DNA of 63,818 nt, the filler included, from Octopus bimaculoides (Eukaryota), in assembly GCF_001194135.2 (NCBI RefSeq). It is 7 parts of 6 records of this genome, joined end to end, with 100 filler letters (N's around TTAATTAATTAA, not from the genome) between each part and the next. Parts side by side here need not be neighbours in the genome. Positions count along the whole stretch, not along the records: positions 62,377 to 63,818 come from NW_026309051.1; 6 more parts are not named here. The stretch is one strand, 5' to 3'. The position numbers and the translations under genes were made by a program. The stretch's first letter is position 1. The number at the start of each line of letters is the position of its first letter. Positions 62,743 through 63,818 of this stretch are shown in pieces. The notes beneath the pieces were generated by a model that had not been told where the DNA came from, did not search any database, and saw nothing but the letters and a program-made list of their open reading frames with translations.

Positions 62743-63782
62743 ACATAATTCATGTATATACGTATGTGTGTGTATGTTTACGTTTGACCTCCACCACCAC
62801 TCGACAACTACAGTTACTGATTAGCGGTTCGGCAAGAGAAACGATAAAATAAAGGTAGATTTTACAACGAAATTTTACTGGGAGTGATTTGTTCAACTAA
62901 GACTTTCCAAGCGGTGCTCCTGCATGGCCTCACGCCACTGACTGAGAGAAGAGAATGATGACAGATGAAGTATGAGAGGGTTTTGAAGACATATCGTTAA
63001 AATAAGGAAGTGGATTGTAAACGAGTGACTGAAGATGATGAAGCGAAAGAAGAACGAAAAGAATCACTATGAAATAAGAAAGAAACAAAAAGCTGGAAAG
63101 ACTGGTCAAGTTGATGAATGGCATTAAAGGAAAAAAAAATTGAGAGTGAGATATAGAGACAGAGAGAGAGGGAGAATCAGAGAGAGAAGATGGGAGAAAC
63201 AGAGACAGAGAGACAGAGAGAAAGAGAGAAAGAGACAGACAGAGAGAAGCAGATGAAGATAGAAAGAACATGAGGTATTGTAAGAAAATAAAAAAAACAT
63301 TGGCCAAATACGATAAAACGATGGGACATCAAAAATAGTTGAATACATTTCTTTCTAAATAATTTCGACTTGAATACGGGGCGAAGATATTAATTTCAAA
63401 AGGGGTAATATTAATTGGGAGAATTATAGCCATATAAGGAAATATTTGGAAGAAAGAACTAATGAATTTCGATCGATATATTGACTTGGAGAAATTGGAA
63501 AAATACCTCCAAGTCATAAATTCTTTTTTTTTTATTCATTTTTTAAAAAATTACTTTTCAGTACAGTTTAGACCTGTTCGTATTTAGGAATTAAAGTAAA
63601 AGCAAGTAATAAACACACACACACACTGGCGCGCACACACACATACGTGCATATAGACATACATAACTATATCTATCTAGCCACTTCTCTCACTCTCTCT
63701 CTCTCTCTATCTCTATCTATCGATCAGACTTCCTCTCTCTCTCTGTATATATATATATATATATATAAATTTCTTAAGAATG

Positions 63783-63818
63783 AAGAATTGCAGCGAGGAA
63801 GGTGTTTATAAGCCATTA
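63783..63818. mobile_element. Start of another copy of the 51150-type MITE (cut by the window end)
   Basis: AATTGCAGCGAGGAAGGTGTTTATAAGCCATT matches the 51150 left arm. Confidence 0.7.

Overview
Eukaryotic, AT-rich, repeat-saturated draft-assembly DNA with many N gaps, six of them carrying an artificial TTAATTAATTAA joiner. The SINE families and dense (TA)n/(CA)n/(AAT)n/(CAT)n tracts suggest an octopod cephalopod (Octopus-like); this is my inference, not a database result. I found no intact, nameable host gene, tRNA/rRNA gene or CRISPR array, and almost all ORFs in the supplied track are microsatellite, gap or antisense artefacts. Recognisable content is a layered set of decayed transposons: a Helitron (Rep + PIF1 helicase, minus strand, ~9-13 kb, with a candidate 3' hairpin/CTAG end), four mariner copies, a maT/DD37D-like Tc1/mariner remnant, Merlin/ISXO2-like remnants, a piggyBac-type TTAA MITE, other foldback MITEs, Penelope-like, Dong/R4-like, HERO-like and RTE retroelement remnants, and at least four tRNA-derived SINE families, one forming head-to-tail arrays. 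The best leads are: (1) an unidentified ~185-codon terminal-exon-like segment in two inverted copies with a synonymous-substitution bias, one copy inserted into the Helitron helicase; (2) a polypyrimidine-TAG|GTAAGT recursive-splice-like site lying between two inverted mariners that share three stop codons; (3) degenerate minimal hammerhead motifs in Penelope-like ends; (4) a compact CRE/CCAAT/YY1/NRF1-like motif cluster; (5) a cleanly nested mariner-in-Penelope insertion. I cannot claim a proven new biological system. Boundaries were read by eye and are approximate unless a junction is quoted.
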